A DNA stretch of 64,000 nt from an uncultured bacterium (GCA_963977015.1 CAXBMO010000021.1:1-64000), one strand, 5' to 3'. Numbered from the stretch's first letter, positions 9,418 to 19,056 are shown. The notes: a model not told the origin generated them from the sequence alone. A program made the numbers and translations.

Positions 9418-9525
9418 TCACCCTCGTCCGCCACACTGTCGATCCCGAAACCGAGCCCTCGCGCCCTTCCCCAACCTCGTAAGCCAACGCTTCGACGCCA
9501 GGCTGCCCAACAGCAAACCGCGGCG
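9414..9525 (+). pseudogene. Further HsdR C-terminal-region remnant (frameshifted)
   Basis: ITLVRHTVDPETE / LAPFPNLVSQRFDA / AQQQTA read across frames; resembles the EcoEI-R C-domain segment lying between the two scraps at 8090-8178. Confidence 0.5.
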
Positions 9526-9806
9526 GATCGCTCAGCCAGTCTACTTCGCCTCGGCATTGGGGCTTTGAGCACCTTGCCCGCCGCATCTTAATGAATGCTG
9601 CCGAATTCAGGCGAATCTATTCGACCGGAGCAACTCCCTGTGTTTGGGATACAGCCTAGGATTAGGATAAGACTGCTGAGGTTGGTTAGGGATGAGCAAG
9701 GAGAACACGACATACCATACTTTTTTCCAGAGTGGCATGGAGTTGGATTCTGATCCCTATGATTACCAGGTGCGGCTGGCCGGCGTGGATCAAGGAACAA
9801 ACCTGC

Positions 9807-10042
9807 GAATCCTGACAAGAGATTCTATCCTCTCACAGGGTCGCCACGACACGCGCCCAGTTTTAGAGCCGAAAGCGCTGCCCAACCAATCGCAGCCAAG
9901 CAGCCGAATACGCCCGAAAATTGCGCGGCAGCCATTGCCAAGCCTGACATTCTGCCCTATGGTCCGCCTTCCATTCTTTGAGGTGACTTCGGAACCAAAG
10001 GCCAGGCAGAAATTCGGCACTCAGCTCAGCGCGGCTGGGTGG
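9807..10042 (+). repeat. 236-bp direct repeat, copy 2 (promoter + hsdR start)
   Basis: Matches 7799-8034; carries TTGCCA-N17-TATGGT (9935-9963), a sigma70-like promoter facing DUF5131-tcmP. Confidence 0.92.
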
Positions 10043-10043
10043 C

Positions 10044-10097
10044 GCCCGACTCCTCCCCCACTCCACGTTGGCTGCAGCGTTCTTCGGCAAAGTTTGA
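10044..10097 (+). pseudogene. Possible HsdS C-terminal remnant
   Basis: ARLLPHSTLAAAFFGKV* resembles the usual HsdS ending (LRQSIL.AAFSGKL*); very short. Confidence 0.4.
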
Positions 10098-10139
10098 CCT
10101 ACCAAAACCACCAAAACATTCTACTGATCACTTGACCAC

Positions 10140-10928
10140 ATGAGTGCGAATTCCAAAATTGAGTGGACCGACGCGACGTGGAATCCGGTTCGCGGATGTA
10201 CCAAGGTCAGTCCCGGCTGCAAACACTGCTACGCAGAGACGTTTGCGGAGCGGTTCCGTGGTGTCCCGGGGCACCCCTTCGAGTTCGGCTTCGATCTCCG
10301 CATCGTCCCTGAGAAACTTGGAGATCCGATTAGGTGGTCTCGGCCACAGAAGGTCTTTGTTAATTCGATGAGCGACCTCTTTCACGAGGATGTTCCCGAC
10401 TCCTACATCGAGCAGGTATGCAAAGTAATGCTGGCCGCGAATTGGCACACCTATCAAGTCCTTACCAAACGTGCAGGTCGACTATCGCAACTGCTAAAAA
10501 GCAAACTCACCGACGGGGCTAAAGCATCGCACATTTGGTGGGGAGTAAGCGTTGAGGATCAGAGTTACGGGCTTCCTAGAATCGACCACCTTCGAGCCGC
10601 GAATCCCAGCAGCACCTTTTTGTCAATCGAACCTTTGCTGGAAGATTTAGGGGAATTCGACCTTGGCGGGATCGATTGGGTCATCGTTGGAGGCGAGAGC
10701 GGACACGGCGCCCGTCCCCTTCGGAAGCAATGGGTCCGAAATATACGCAAGCAGTGCCGGACGGCTGGAGTTCCATTTTTCTTTAAGCAATGGGGCGGCG
10801 TAAAAAAGAGCCTCAATGGCCGAACGCTGGACGGACGGACCTACGACGAGTTTCCAGAGTCATCCTCCCATCAAGTAGCCTCTTTCATTGAGCGAAAAGA
10901 ACTGATCGCGAGCCTAGCTTCAGCTTGA
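10140..10928 (+). CDS. DUF5131 / phage Gp37-Gp68 family three-Cys-motif (radical-SAM-like) protein
   Basis: SKIEWTDATWNPVRGCTKVSPGCKHCYA (CX6CX2C), FVNSMSDLFH, LTKR, SIEPLL, WVIVGGESG, PFFFKQWGG. Confidence 0.93.
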   Translation: MSANSKIEWTDATWNPVRGCTKVSPGCKHCYAETFAERFRGVPGHPFEFGFDLRIVPEKLGDPIRWSRPQKVFVNSMSDLFHEDVPDSYIEQVCKVMLAANWHTYQVLTKRAGRLSQLLKSKLTDGAKASHIWWGVSVEDQSYGLPRIDHLRAANPSSTFLSIEPLLEDLGEFDLGGIDWVIVGGESGHGARPLRKQWVRNIRKQCRTAGVPFFFKQWGGVKKSLNGRTLDGRTYDEFPESSSHQVASFIERKELIASLASA

Positions 10929-10932
10929 CCGA

Positions 10933-12012
10933 ATGCCCCGCGAAGAATTTCACGACAAGCCCTACGATGAGGGCACGCTTACAAAGCTAAGTATCTTTGA
11001 GCTCTACGTTCAGGAATGGCTTCCTGTATTCCTATCGCAGCCAGAGCCTCCATTCGAGGAACTACACATTTTTGATTTCTTTGCCGGTCCTGGAAAAGAT
11101 GCCAATGGCGTCTTGGGATCTCCCCTCCGAATACTCAGACAGCTGCAGTCCTATCACCAATCGACGCTTGCAGGTTGGGGCGCAGTAGAAAAAACAACCC
11201 ATTTTTTCGATCTAGCCGAAGATAAGATCGAAGTCTTGCGGAACACTATATCATCGGAGGCACTTGACGTGCCTGGCGTAAATCTCGACCTGAAGCCCAA
11301 TGAGTTCACTGCGGCCCTTCACGAATTCCGACCGGTTCTTAAGAATCCCCGCGCGGCCAAGTTTTTGATTATCGATCAGTTTGGTGTGGATGCAGTTAGC
11401 GATAAAGTGTTCCTCGACCTAATATCATTCCCCACTACCGATTTCATATTTTTCCTATCCTCGTCGACTCTGCACCGTTTCCGAGAGCATCCTGCAATTA
11501 AGCAGAAAATTGCCAACATCGACGACTCATACCACGTCCATCGGGCGACTTTCGAATACTATAAGAACCTGATTCCAGAACAGGAAGACGTTTCCCTTGG
11601 GCAGTTTTCAATTCGGAAGCGAAGCAACATTTACGGGCTTATTTTTGGTAGCCAGCACCCGCTTGGGATTCACAAATTTTTGCAGGTTGCATGGAAAAAC
11701 GACCAGATCGCCGGCGAGGCAAATTTTGACGTCGAGCGGGAAAACATTGGGAACGATGAGCTCCTCTTGGAATTTGAGGAAATGAAGCCCAAGAAGATTC
11801 AAGGTTTCGAGAACGCTTTAGCCGAAAGCCTTCGATCAAAGGGTCTCCTTACCGAGGCAGACATTATCAAATTCTGCATCGAAGCAGGTATGACCGCCCA
11901 GCACGCAGCACCGGTAATCGCAAAACTCAAAAAGGAGAAGGTCTTGGCCGCCGATTTCAGAGTGCCTAATGTGCGCAACACCAAAGAGCCCCGCCCCATT
12001 AACTATCTGTAA
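10933..12012 (+). CDS. tcmP: Three-Cys-motif partner protein (TcmP-like, SAM-binding fold)
   Basis: Starts 4 nt after DUF5131; N-terminal TLTKL..F..Y...W and DFFAGPG motif; IDQFG in place of the usual DP(F/Y)G; AT-richer than flanks. Confidence 0.8.
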   Translation: MPREEFHDKPYDEGTLTKLSIFELYVQEWLPVFLSQPEPPFEELHIFDFFAGPGKDANGVLGSPLRILRQLQSYHQSTLAGWGAVEKTTHFFDLAEDKIEVLRNTISSEALDVPGVNLDLKPNEFTAALHEFRPVLKNPRAAKFLIIDQFGVDAVSDKVFLDLISFPTTDFIFFLSSSTLHRFREHPAIKQKIANIDDSYHVHRATFEYYKNLIPEQEDVSLGQFSIRKRSNIYGLIFGSQHPLGIHKFLQVAWKNDQIAGEANFDVERENIGNDELLLEFEEMKPKKIQGFENALAESLRSKGLLTEADIIKFCIEAGMTAQHAAPVIAKLKKEKVLAADFRVPNVRNTKEPRPINYL

Positions 12013-12016
12013 ATGC

Positions 12017-12109
12017 CTGCACTCCTCCGCCATCGTCCAGACAATCTGGAACCACGCCCACGTCCTCAAGACTGCGGGTGCCGGTGAAGACAACTTTGTC
12101 CAAGGGTGA
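12017..12109 (+). pseudogene. hsdM: Type I methyltransferase HsdM N-terminal remnant
   Basis: SSAIVQTIWNHAHVLKTAGAGEDNFVQG* resembles HsdM N-termini of the IVQK.WNY.HVL...G..YGDYVEQ type; no ATG, early stop. Confidence 0.6.
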
Positions 12110-12206
12110 GCCGCCTCCGACAAGGGCGCGAGCCTCCCTTGAGAAGATCAAGCTTTCTCGCTGAAGTGAAAAAGTGGTGACGCTGCGGCCGTGGTAGGGA
12201 GGACAA

Positions 12207-14762
12207 GTGAGCCCCCTGCCCGCACATTGCATTCGCTGGATGATCGTTCTGGCTCTTCTGCCGATCCACGGTTTCGCCACGCCGGCGAATAAGGCGGCTT
12301 TGGGCCGATACCTGGGCGATCTGTTGCCGGTTGACCTGGATTCCTGCGCGACGTGCCACGTTCGGGCTCATCCTGACGGAGCGGAGCGTTTGGCTGATTT
12401 CCCTCACAATCCGTTCGGGAATCGGCTGGCGGAGCTGGGCGATGCACGTTCCCTGAGAGAACGCCTCGAACAAAGCGCGATGGAGGACTCGGACGGTGAC
12501 GGGGTCACCAACGTCGAGGAATTGCTTTCGGGTTCGGCACCGGGAAACGCGGATTCGCATCGGATGCCCCGCCCGGAAACGCTCGAGGCGTTCGCGAACT
12601 TCCAGAATCGGTATCCGTGGCGCCCGTTTTTGCCGGTTCAACGACCGGACGCGCCCGAGCTGCCCCATCCGGGGTTCGAAATCCGGAGCCCGATTGATGC
12701 CTTCATTGCCCAGGAACACGAAAGCCGCGGTCTGAAGCCCCGCCCCGAAGCTTCGAAGGAAACCTGGCTGCGCCGCGTTCATCTCGATTTGACGGGCTTG
12801 AGTCCGACTCCCGGGGAGCGGGCGGCCTTTCTGGCGGATCGCTCCGGCGAAGCCCAAGCCAAGGTGGTTGACCGGCTCCTGGCCAGCCCGGCTTATGGGG
12901 AGCGCTGGGGGCGCCACTGGATGGATATCTGGCGATACAGCGATTGGGCGGGCTACAAGCAAGCGTTGCGCGACAGCCAACGCCACATTTGGCATTGGCG
13001 GGACTGGATCATTGAATCGCTGAACGCGGACAAGGGTTACGATCAGATGTTGGTGGAGATGCTGGCGGCCGACGAGCTTTCCCCGGAAGACGACGATGCG
13101 CTCCGGGCCACCGGCTATCTCGCTCGTAACTTTTTTAGGGAGCGCAACCAGTGGATGGACAACGTGGTGAGTCACACGGCTCAGGGGTTTCTGGGGCTGA
13201 CCGTGGGCTGCGCCAAGTGCCACGATCACATGTATGATCCGATTGCGCAGCGCGATTACTACGCGATGCGGGCGATTTTTGAGCCTTACCAGGTTCGAAC
13301 CGACCGCGTGCCGGGCGAACTGGATGTGATGAAGGTGGGCTTGCCGCGCGTTTATGATGCCTCCCTCGAGCCGAAAACGTATCTCTTTGATCGCGGCGAC
13401 GAGCGTTACCCGATCAAGGACGAGGTCATCCCGCCGGCGCCGCCGTCCGCTCTGGGAGGAGATTTCGAGCCGGAACCGGTGAAGTTGCCGCGATTGGCCT
13501 GGCAGCCCGATCGCCGGGAGTTTGTTCGCGCGGATTTGATCGCCAACGCGAAGTCCGAAATCAACGCGGCGAAAACCGAGCTCGAGCGGATCGCCGCGCA
13601 ACGCCGCCTTGCGACTTTGAACGCGGAAATTGCGATCGAAGACCTGGAAGATTCTGGAATGAAGGAGACGGCGGAGTGGGAAACGGAGGCCAAACGGCTG
13701 GTCCAACTGCAACGCGCCAGCAAACTGGCAACCGCCAGGTCCAGGCTGGAATCTGGCGAGAACGCCAGGAAAAAGGCGGAAGCGGAGATGGCAAAGGCGA
13801 AAGAAGCGAAGGATAAAACGGCGGAATCCCGCGCCAGCAAAGCCATGTCGACGGCGAAAAAGGCGATGGCCGATGCGGACAAGCTTCTCGCCGCCGCCGA
13901 AAAGGCGATGAAGGCTGAGGTAACCACCCAATATGAGCCGAGGAAGCAGGCCAAGTATCCGAACCGGAGCAACGGCCGTCGCCTCGCGTTCGCGCGTTGG
14001 CTGACCGATGCCAAAAACCCGCTTACGGCGCGGGTCGCGATGAATCACATTTGGCTCCGCCATTTTGGGCAAGCGATTGTCCCGACCGTGAACGAATTCG
14101 GCGCCCACGGTCAACCGCCGACTCATCCGGCGTTGCTTGATTGGCTGGCCGCCGAGTTCATGGATCAAGGCTGGAGCATGAAGGCGATGCATCGCCAGAT
14201 CGTTCTCAGCTCCACCTATCGCATGTCGAGCACTCCGGACCCTGCCAATGCGACCATCGACCAGGACAACGTCTTTCTCTGGCGAATGCCTTCGCGGCGG
14301 ATGGAGGGGGAAATCGTTCGCGACAATCTACTCCACATCGCCAACACGCTGGACCGAAGCCTCGGTGGACCGGACATTCCGCATACCGAAGCGCAGAAGT
14401 CGAAACGACGCTCCATCTACCTCCGTCACGCGCACGAGAAGCTGGTCGAGTTCGTGCAGATTTTTGACGGCCCCAAGGTGAGTGAGTGTTATCAACGGGA
14501 TTCGACGGTTCAACCGCATCAGGCGCTCGCGCTCGCCAACAGCCAACTCACGTTCGATCAATCGAAAACGATCGCGGCGGAGCTTCCCAAGGTCGCCGGA
14601 GATGAGCGGGCATTGGTCGATGCCGCGTTTATCCGGATTCTGACGCGAATACCAAGCCGCGAGGAACGCCAGCTCTGCCTTGAATTTCTGGCCGATGGCG
14701 CCACCCATGAACAGCTCGTCATGGTGCTCTTCAATCACAACGAGTTCGTTACGATCCGATGA
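12207..14762 (+). CDS. DUF1549/DUF1553 (PSD1 / planctomycete cytochrome c-type) protein
   Basis: IDAFI, LRRVHLDLTGL, YGERWGRHWMD..RY, CAKCHDH, LTARVAMN, PTHPALLDWLA, RRSIYL, QALALAN; N-terminal CATCH and DSDGDG loop; GGGAGG RBS before GTG. Confidence 0.92.
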   Translation: MSPLPAHCIRWMIVLALLPIHGFATPANKAALGRYLGDLLPVDLDSCATCHVRAHPDGAERLADFPHNPFGNRLAELGDARSLRERLEQSAMEDSDGDGVTNVEELLSGSAPGNADSHRMPRPETLEAFANFQNRYPWRPFLPVQRPDAPELPHPGFEIRSPIDAFIAQEHESRGLKPRPEASKETWLRRVHLDLTGLSPTPGERAAFLADRSGEAQAKVVDRLLASPAYGERWGRHWMDIWRYSDWAGYKQALRDSQRHIWHWRDWIIESLNADKGYDQMLVEMLAADELSPEDDDALRATGYLARNFFRERNQWMDNVVSHTAQGFLGLTVGCAKCHDHMYDPIAQRDYYAMRAIFEPYQVRTDRVPGELDVMKVGLPRVYDASLEPKTYLFDRGDERYPIKDEVIPPAPPSALGGDFEPEPVKLPRLAWQPDRREFVRADLIANAKSEINAAKTELERIAAQRRLATLNAEIAIEDLEDSGMKETAEWETEAKRLVQLQRASKLATARSRLESGENARKKAEAEMAKAKEAKDKTAESRASKAMSTAKKAMADADKLLAAAEKAMKAEVTTQYEPRKQAKYPNRSNGRRLAFARWLTDAKNPLTARVAMNHIWLRHFGQAIVPTVNEFGAHGQPPTHPALLDWLAAEFMDQGWSMKAMHRQIVLSSTYRMSSTPDPANATIDQDNVFLWRMPSRRMEGEIVRDNLLHIANTLDRSLGGPDIPHTEAQKSKRRSIYLRHAHEKLVEFVQIFDGPKVSECYQRDSTVQPHQALALANSQLTFDQSKTIAAELPKVAGDERALVDAAFIRILTRIPSREERQLCLEFLADGATHEQLVMVLFNHNEFVTIR

Positions 14763-16228
14763 CTACCCGACGCACCTTTCTTCAGAACACCGGCATGGGA
14801 GTGACCGGCATGGCTCTCTCCTCGTTGCTCTTTAAAGACGGAGCGCTCGCCGCCACCAGCGGCCCGGCATCCGGCCCCCATCATTTGCCGCGCGCCAAGT
14901 CCGTGATCTGGATTTTCCTCATTGGCGGGCTCAGCCACCTTGAGAGCTTCGACCCCAAGCCGATGCTGAACAAGTATGCGGGCAAGACCTTCGACGAAAC
15001 GCCGTTTGGCAAAGAGGTGCTCGACGAAAAGAAGATCAGCGAGAAGTTGCTCGATCCTTCCAAAGCAAAACGTGAGATCTACAAGCAGGTCATGCCGTTG
15101 CAAGTCGGCTACCAGCGTTATGGAAAAAGTGGGCTCGAAATCAGCGACTGGTTTCCTCACATTGGCGCCTGTGCTGACGACATCACCCTGGCCCGGGGAA
15201 TGTGGACGATCGACAATAATCACGGGGCGCAACTGACGTTTCACACCGGCCGAAAAATCACCGAGGGCGCCTACCCTACCGTGGGTTCCTGGGCCAGTTA
15301 CGGACTGGGCACGGCGAACCGGAATCTCCCGGAATTCGTGGTCCTGGGAAACCCCAGCGCAGATTGTTGCGGAGCCGCCTGGACGCATGGTGCCGCTTAC
15401 CTGGGACCGGAATACGGCGGGGTTCGCATGAAGGTCGATCCGAAAGATCCGTTGTCGTTCGTGCGTCCGGCCGATGAACAATTCAGCATCGATGAACAAC
15501 GCGAAAACTTTTCGCTGCTCGGAAAGCTGAACCGGCTCGCCGGGATTGAGTATCCCGACGATCAACAACTGCAGGCGCGCATCAAGTCCTACGAACTCGC
15601 GTTCGAAATGCAAAGCGCCGTGCCCGAAGTGATGGACTTCGCCAAAGAGCCGAAGCACATCCACGACCTCTACGGAATCGGAGAGAAAACGACGAACGAC
15701 TTTGGCCAGAAGTGCCTCGCCGCCCGACGGCTCGTGGAACGCGGGGTTCGCTTCGTTCAACTTTTTCACGGGTACACGGGTAACGCCGGCGGCTGGGATT
15801 CCCACACGAACATCGTCCGCAATCATTCGACGCGGGCCAAGCAAATGGATCAACCCGTTGGCGCGTTGATCGCCGATCTCAAACAGCGCGGTCTACTCGA
15901 TGACACCATGGTGGTGCTGGGCTCCGAATTCGGGCGAACCCCGGGTGCCGAGTTTCGAAAGGGCAACAAGAACGTCGCCGGATCGGGCCGCGACCATCAT
16001 CCGCATGGATTCACGACCTTGATTGCGGGGGGCGGAACCAAGGGAGGTTTTGCCTACGGGGCGACGGATGAACTCGGCTTCCATGCCACCGAAAAACGCC
16101 ACTACGTGACCGATCTTCACGCGACGGTTCTGCATCAGCTGGGTCTAGACCCACGCCGTCTCGAGGTTCCGGGCCGCAAACGGCTGGAACGCGACTTCGG
16201 AAACGTGATGACCGAAATCCTGACGTAG
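14759..16228 (+). CDS. DUF1501 domain protein (Tat signal)
   Basis: RRTFL, AKSVIWIFLIGGLSHLESFDPKP, ARRLVERGVRFVQ, WDSH, EFGRTP, GRDHH; ATGA overlap with upstream gene. Confidence 0.93.
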   Translation: MTTRRTFLQNTGMGVTGMALSSLLFKDGALAATSGPASGPHHLPRAKSVIWIFLIGGLSHLESFDPKPMLNKYAGKTFDETPFGKEVLDEKKISEKLLDPSKAKREIYKQVMPLQVGYQRYGKSGLEISDWFPHIGACADDITLARGMWTIDNNHGAQLTFHTGRKITEGAYPTVGSWASYGLGTANRNLPEFVVLGNPSADCCGAAWTHGAAYLGPEYGGVRMKVDPKDPLSFVRPADEQFSIDEQRENFSLLGKLNRLAGIEYPDDQQLQARIKSYELAFEMQSAVPEVMDFAKEPKHIHDLYGIGEKTTNDFGQKCLAARRLVERGVRFVQLFHGYTGNAGGWDSHTNIVRNHSTRAKQMDQPVGALIADLKQRGLLDDTMVVLGSEFGRTPGAEFRKGNKNVAGSGRDHHPHGFTTLIAGGGTKGGFAYGATDELGFHATEKRHYVTDLHATVLHQLGLDPRRLEVPGRKRLERDFGNVMTEILT

Positions 16229-16288
16229 GTCACCCCGAAGGCGACTAACAACTAACCTCAGCCAAACCCCAGGCTTGGAGATGATCTT

Positions 16289-17725
16289 CTAGACCGTTGC
16301 TGCGGTGGGAATCTCAAACCCGGCACTGTTGCCATCTTTTAGCAAGGCGTTGGCCGCTTCCGCATGTTCTCCGGTGTGGAGTTCCGTCTCCGGATCAAAG
16401 GTCAGCCAGGGTCCAACGGTGTATTCAGCGCCATTCTCCGGAATCCCGACACCGTCACGCATGATCTCGTGAAGGCGGAGAAAATGCTCGGCGGCATCCG
16501 CGTTGTCGCCAAACCGGGCGGCCTTGGCATTGAACGGGACCTTTTCGCCGAGGCGATAGGAGTTGTTCATGAGATGACCGAGAACGCAACCGTAGTGGGC
16601 GTCGTGGACATTGCCATTCGCCAATTCCGGGCTCCCTTCGCGACAAGCCGTGATGAAGGCATTCCAGTTTCCGCCGGGCGTGACCTTTCCGCCACCAACA
16701 CGGATCTTTTCGCCTTCCTTGCTGCCGGCTGCATAGTATTTCCCGCGCACGATCTTGCCACCGTCCTCGAAGTAATATTCGTTCTCAACCTGACGTTCGT
16801 ATCCCTCATAGTTGACGTTGCGAACATTGAAAAAGGCGTACTGCCCATTGGGATATTCCCCGATTCCGAACATGGTGTTGGGGGTCTCCCCCTGGTCATC
16901 CCACTGAAACCGGCCGCCGATGGCCATGACGCGAGTGGGATGCGTCAGGTCTTTGTCCAACGCCCAGCGTGCCACATCGAGCTGATGGGTGCCCTGGTTG
17001 TTGAGATCGCCATTGCCGGTTTTCCAAAACCAGTGCCAGTTGTAATGAACCAAATTGCCGTGGTAATCAATCTGCGCCGGACCGCGCCAGAGATCCCAGT
17101 TTAGTCCGCTCGGCGGCGACTTCACTTCCTTGACTCCGATGCCTCCGCGCGGCTTGCAGCAATACCCATAAGAAACCTTGAGCTTGCCAAACTGGCCGGC
17201 CTGAATCGCTTCGTGGAGACCGGCAATTCCTGCACTGCTCCGACTTTGGGTGCCGTGCTGAATGACGACGCCGTATTTTTTCTGGGCTTCGACGCAGATT
17301 CGCCCCTCGGCCACATCGTGACTCATCGGCTTTTCCACATAAACGTGCTTGCCGGCTTGAGCCGCCCAAATGGTCATGAGCGAATGCCAGTGGTTTGGTG
17401 TCGCGATGGAAATCGCATCCAAATCGGGATCAGCAAGCGCTTCGCGGATGTCGGCCACGCCCTTGGCCTGGTATTTTCCCTCCACCTTGCCCTCGAGACG
17501 CTTCAAGCCCCGGCCCAGCACCTTTTCGTCCGGATCGATGAGGTAGGCGACTTCGACATTCTCAGCCTTGGTCCAGCCATCCATGTGGGCGTTGCCCCGG
17601 CTATTCAAACCGGCAATGGCGATGCGGAGTCGATCGTTGGCGCCTTTGGCGGCGGCGGGAAGAATGAGGGGAAATGCAGCCGCTCCGATGGACTGCTTCA
17701 GGAAATCGCGACGGTGGGTTTTCAT
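16289..17725 (-). CDS. Gfo/Idh/MocA family oxidoreductase (Tat signal)
   Basis: RRDFLK, IATPNHWH, GKHVYVEKP, QHGTQSRS, NQGTHQLD. Confidence 0.92.
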   Translation of the reverse strand: MKTHRRDFLKQSIGAAAFPLILPAAAKGANDRLRIAIAGLNSRGNAHMDGWTKAENVEVAYLIDPDEKVLGRGLKRLEGKVEGKYQAKGVADIREALADPDLDAISIATPNHWHSLMTIWAAQAGKHVYVEKPMSHDVAEGRICVEAQKKYGVVIQHGTQSRSSAGIAGLHEAIQAGQFGKLKVSYGYCCKPRGGIGVKEVKSPPSGLNWDLWRGPAQIDYHGNLVHYNWHWFWKTGNGDLNNQGTHQLDVARWALDKDLTHPTRVMAIGGRFQWDDQGETPNTMFGIGEYPNGQYAFFNVRNVNYEGYERQVENEYYFEDGGKIVRGKYYAAGSKEGEKIRVGGGKVTPGGNWNAFITACREGSPELANGNVHDAHYGCVLGHLMNNSYRLGEKVPFNAKAARFGDNADAAEHFLRLHEIMRDGVGIPENGAEYTVGPWLTFDPETELHTGEHAEAANALLKDGNSAGFEIPTAATV

Positions 17726-17829
17726 CAACAAGGGCACGAGGAGACGGCTGACGTTCTTACGCAGATTCGCTCAATCTTTATCGTGAACGGCAAGGTTGGG
17801 GAGTGACCGGAATGATCGCCGGGTTCACC

Positions 17830-19056
17830 TCACTGAACCAGAGCTTCAGCAAAGGCTTTGCCAATTTGCGCCATGATTTTGGCGGAACCCATGTAGTGGA
17901 AATCAAAGTTTGAGGTGCTCGTTTTTAAAATCTCCAATTCCCGCGGAGAGAAGATTTCCGCATAGAGTTTTTCTTGAGCCTCGGCTCCCTGCTCTTTGGT
18001 CATGGTTCCCTGCTTCACCGCGGCCTTGACCTCTTCCAGCTTCGGCTTGATCTGCTTTTCGCGCTGCCGCAACGCAACCACTTCCTGGTCCCAGAACTCC
18101 TCGGTCAACACCGTGAAAACGTTGCCCTGAAATTCAGGCAGCGCGGCGGGAGCTGCCATCGCGTCGCGAAAGTTCTGATGCACATTCTTGTACCGTTGTT
18201 GATCCGGGGTATACTTGTCGACAGGTCCGCCGACTCCCAACACCCCAATCACCACCGGCATGTTCGGAGCGGAAAGGTCGTTCCTCACATCACGTATCAG
18301 TTGCGCGAGCAGCTCGCTATATAGGGCATAGCCGCCCGGCTGATCCCGATGCTGATAGGTTCCACGATCGACCATGTCGTTCCATCCCTGGAACCAGACA
18401 AAGCCGCCCAACTCATACCCCTGATCTGCCTCGTAATCCGGATAAACCCGTTTGATGTCCTGCAGGACCGATTTCACGTGATCGACCATCAACCGGTAAT
18501 AATGCCCCGTCGCTTCGGCCTTGTCCGCTTTGATCTGGTCAATGTCTTTGCCCTGCTTGGCCATCTGTTCCAGTTGAGTCTCGTTGAACTCGTAGGGCGG
18601 TGCACTCGGTGGTCGAAAATCGGTGTGGACGCTCTTGCCGCCCCAAGCTGTTTTGATGATGAGAATCGGCTCATCGAGAAGTTTCTCCATGTAGATCCCA
18701 AAGGTGAACTCCGGGCCAATTTTCGGCCCGCGCTGCTCCGCGCCAAACCCCGTTGTCAATTTCCCCGCCCGCTCTTCCTTCGAAGAATCAATCGACGAGA
18801 TCCAGACTTTCTCACAGACCCGGTCGGAGCCATCGGCATTTCGCATCTCCTTCAGAATCGGAGCCGTCTTCGGGTTCAACGCCATCGCATCAAACGTGCG
18901 GACATGGGCATGGCCCTGCATGTTGGACTGCCCGGCCAGAATGAAAATCTTCAACGGTTTGGGATCATCGGCTGCGGCAGGAGTTGGAAATACCAGTGCG
19001 ACCAGGAAGAAAAGGGCAATGGTCAGCAACGATCGGTCTTGGGGGCTTTGGTTCAT
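17830..19056 (-). CDS. Sialate O-acetylesterase (SASA/DUF303) family SGNH esterase, secreted
   Basis: FILAGQSNMQG, IGPEFTFG, IKTAWGG, WFQGWND, FHYMG; signal peptide. Confidence 0.88.
   Translation of the reverse strand: MNQSPQDRSLLTIALFFLVALVFPTPAAADDPKPLKIFILAGQSNMQGHAHVRTFDAMALNPKTAPILKEMRNADGSDRVCEKVWISSIDSSKEERAGKLTTGFGAEQRGPKIGPEFTFGIYMEKLLDEPILIIKTAWGGKSVHTDFRPPSAPPYEFNETQLEQMAKQGKDIDQIKADKAEATGHYYRLMVDHVKSVLQDIKRVYPDYEADQGYELGGFVWFQGWNDMVDRGTYQHRDQPGGYALYSELLAQLIRDVRNDLSAPNMPVVIGVLGVGGPVDKYTPDQQRYKNVHQNFRDAMAAPAALPEFQGNVFTVLTEEFWDQEVVALRQREKQIKPKLEEVKAAVKQGTMTKEQGAEAQEKLYAEIFSPRELEILKTSTSNFDFHYMGSAKIMAQIGKAFAEALVQ

Noticed and set aside
7799-10042. 236-bp repeat pair as a diversity-generating retroelement TR/VR
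   Set aside because: Differences are not confined to adenines and no reverse transcriptase is in the window
12020-12032. CACTCCTCCGCCA resembles the tRNA-Ser 3' end (CACTCCTTCCGCCA), a possible attR closing a 5.2-kb island
   Set aside because: Only 13 nt with an indel, explained by the HsdM-like codons H-S-S-A-I, and no integrase is present; not fully excluded
12066-14192. 708-aa minus-strand ORF and other long shadow ORFs (e.g. 1648-2781, 22654-23838, 26995-28197, 42224-44341, 63027-63989)
   Set aside because: Antisense to well-supported genes in GC-rich DNA, with no recognisable motifs
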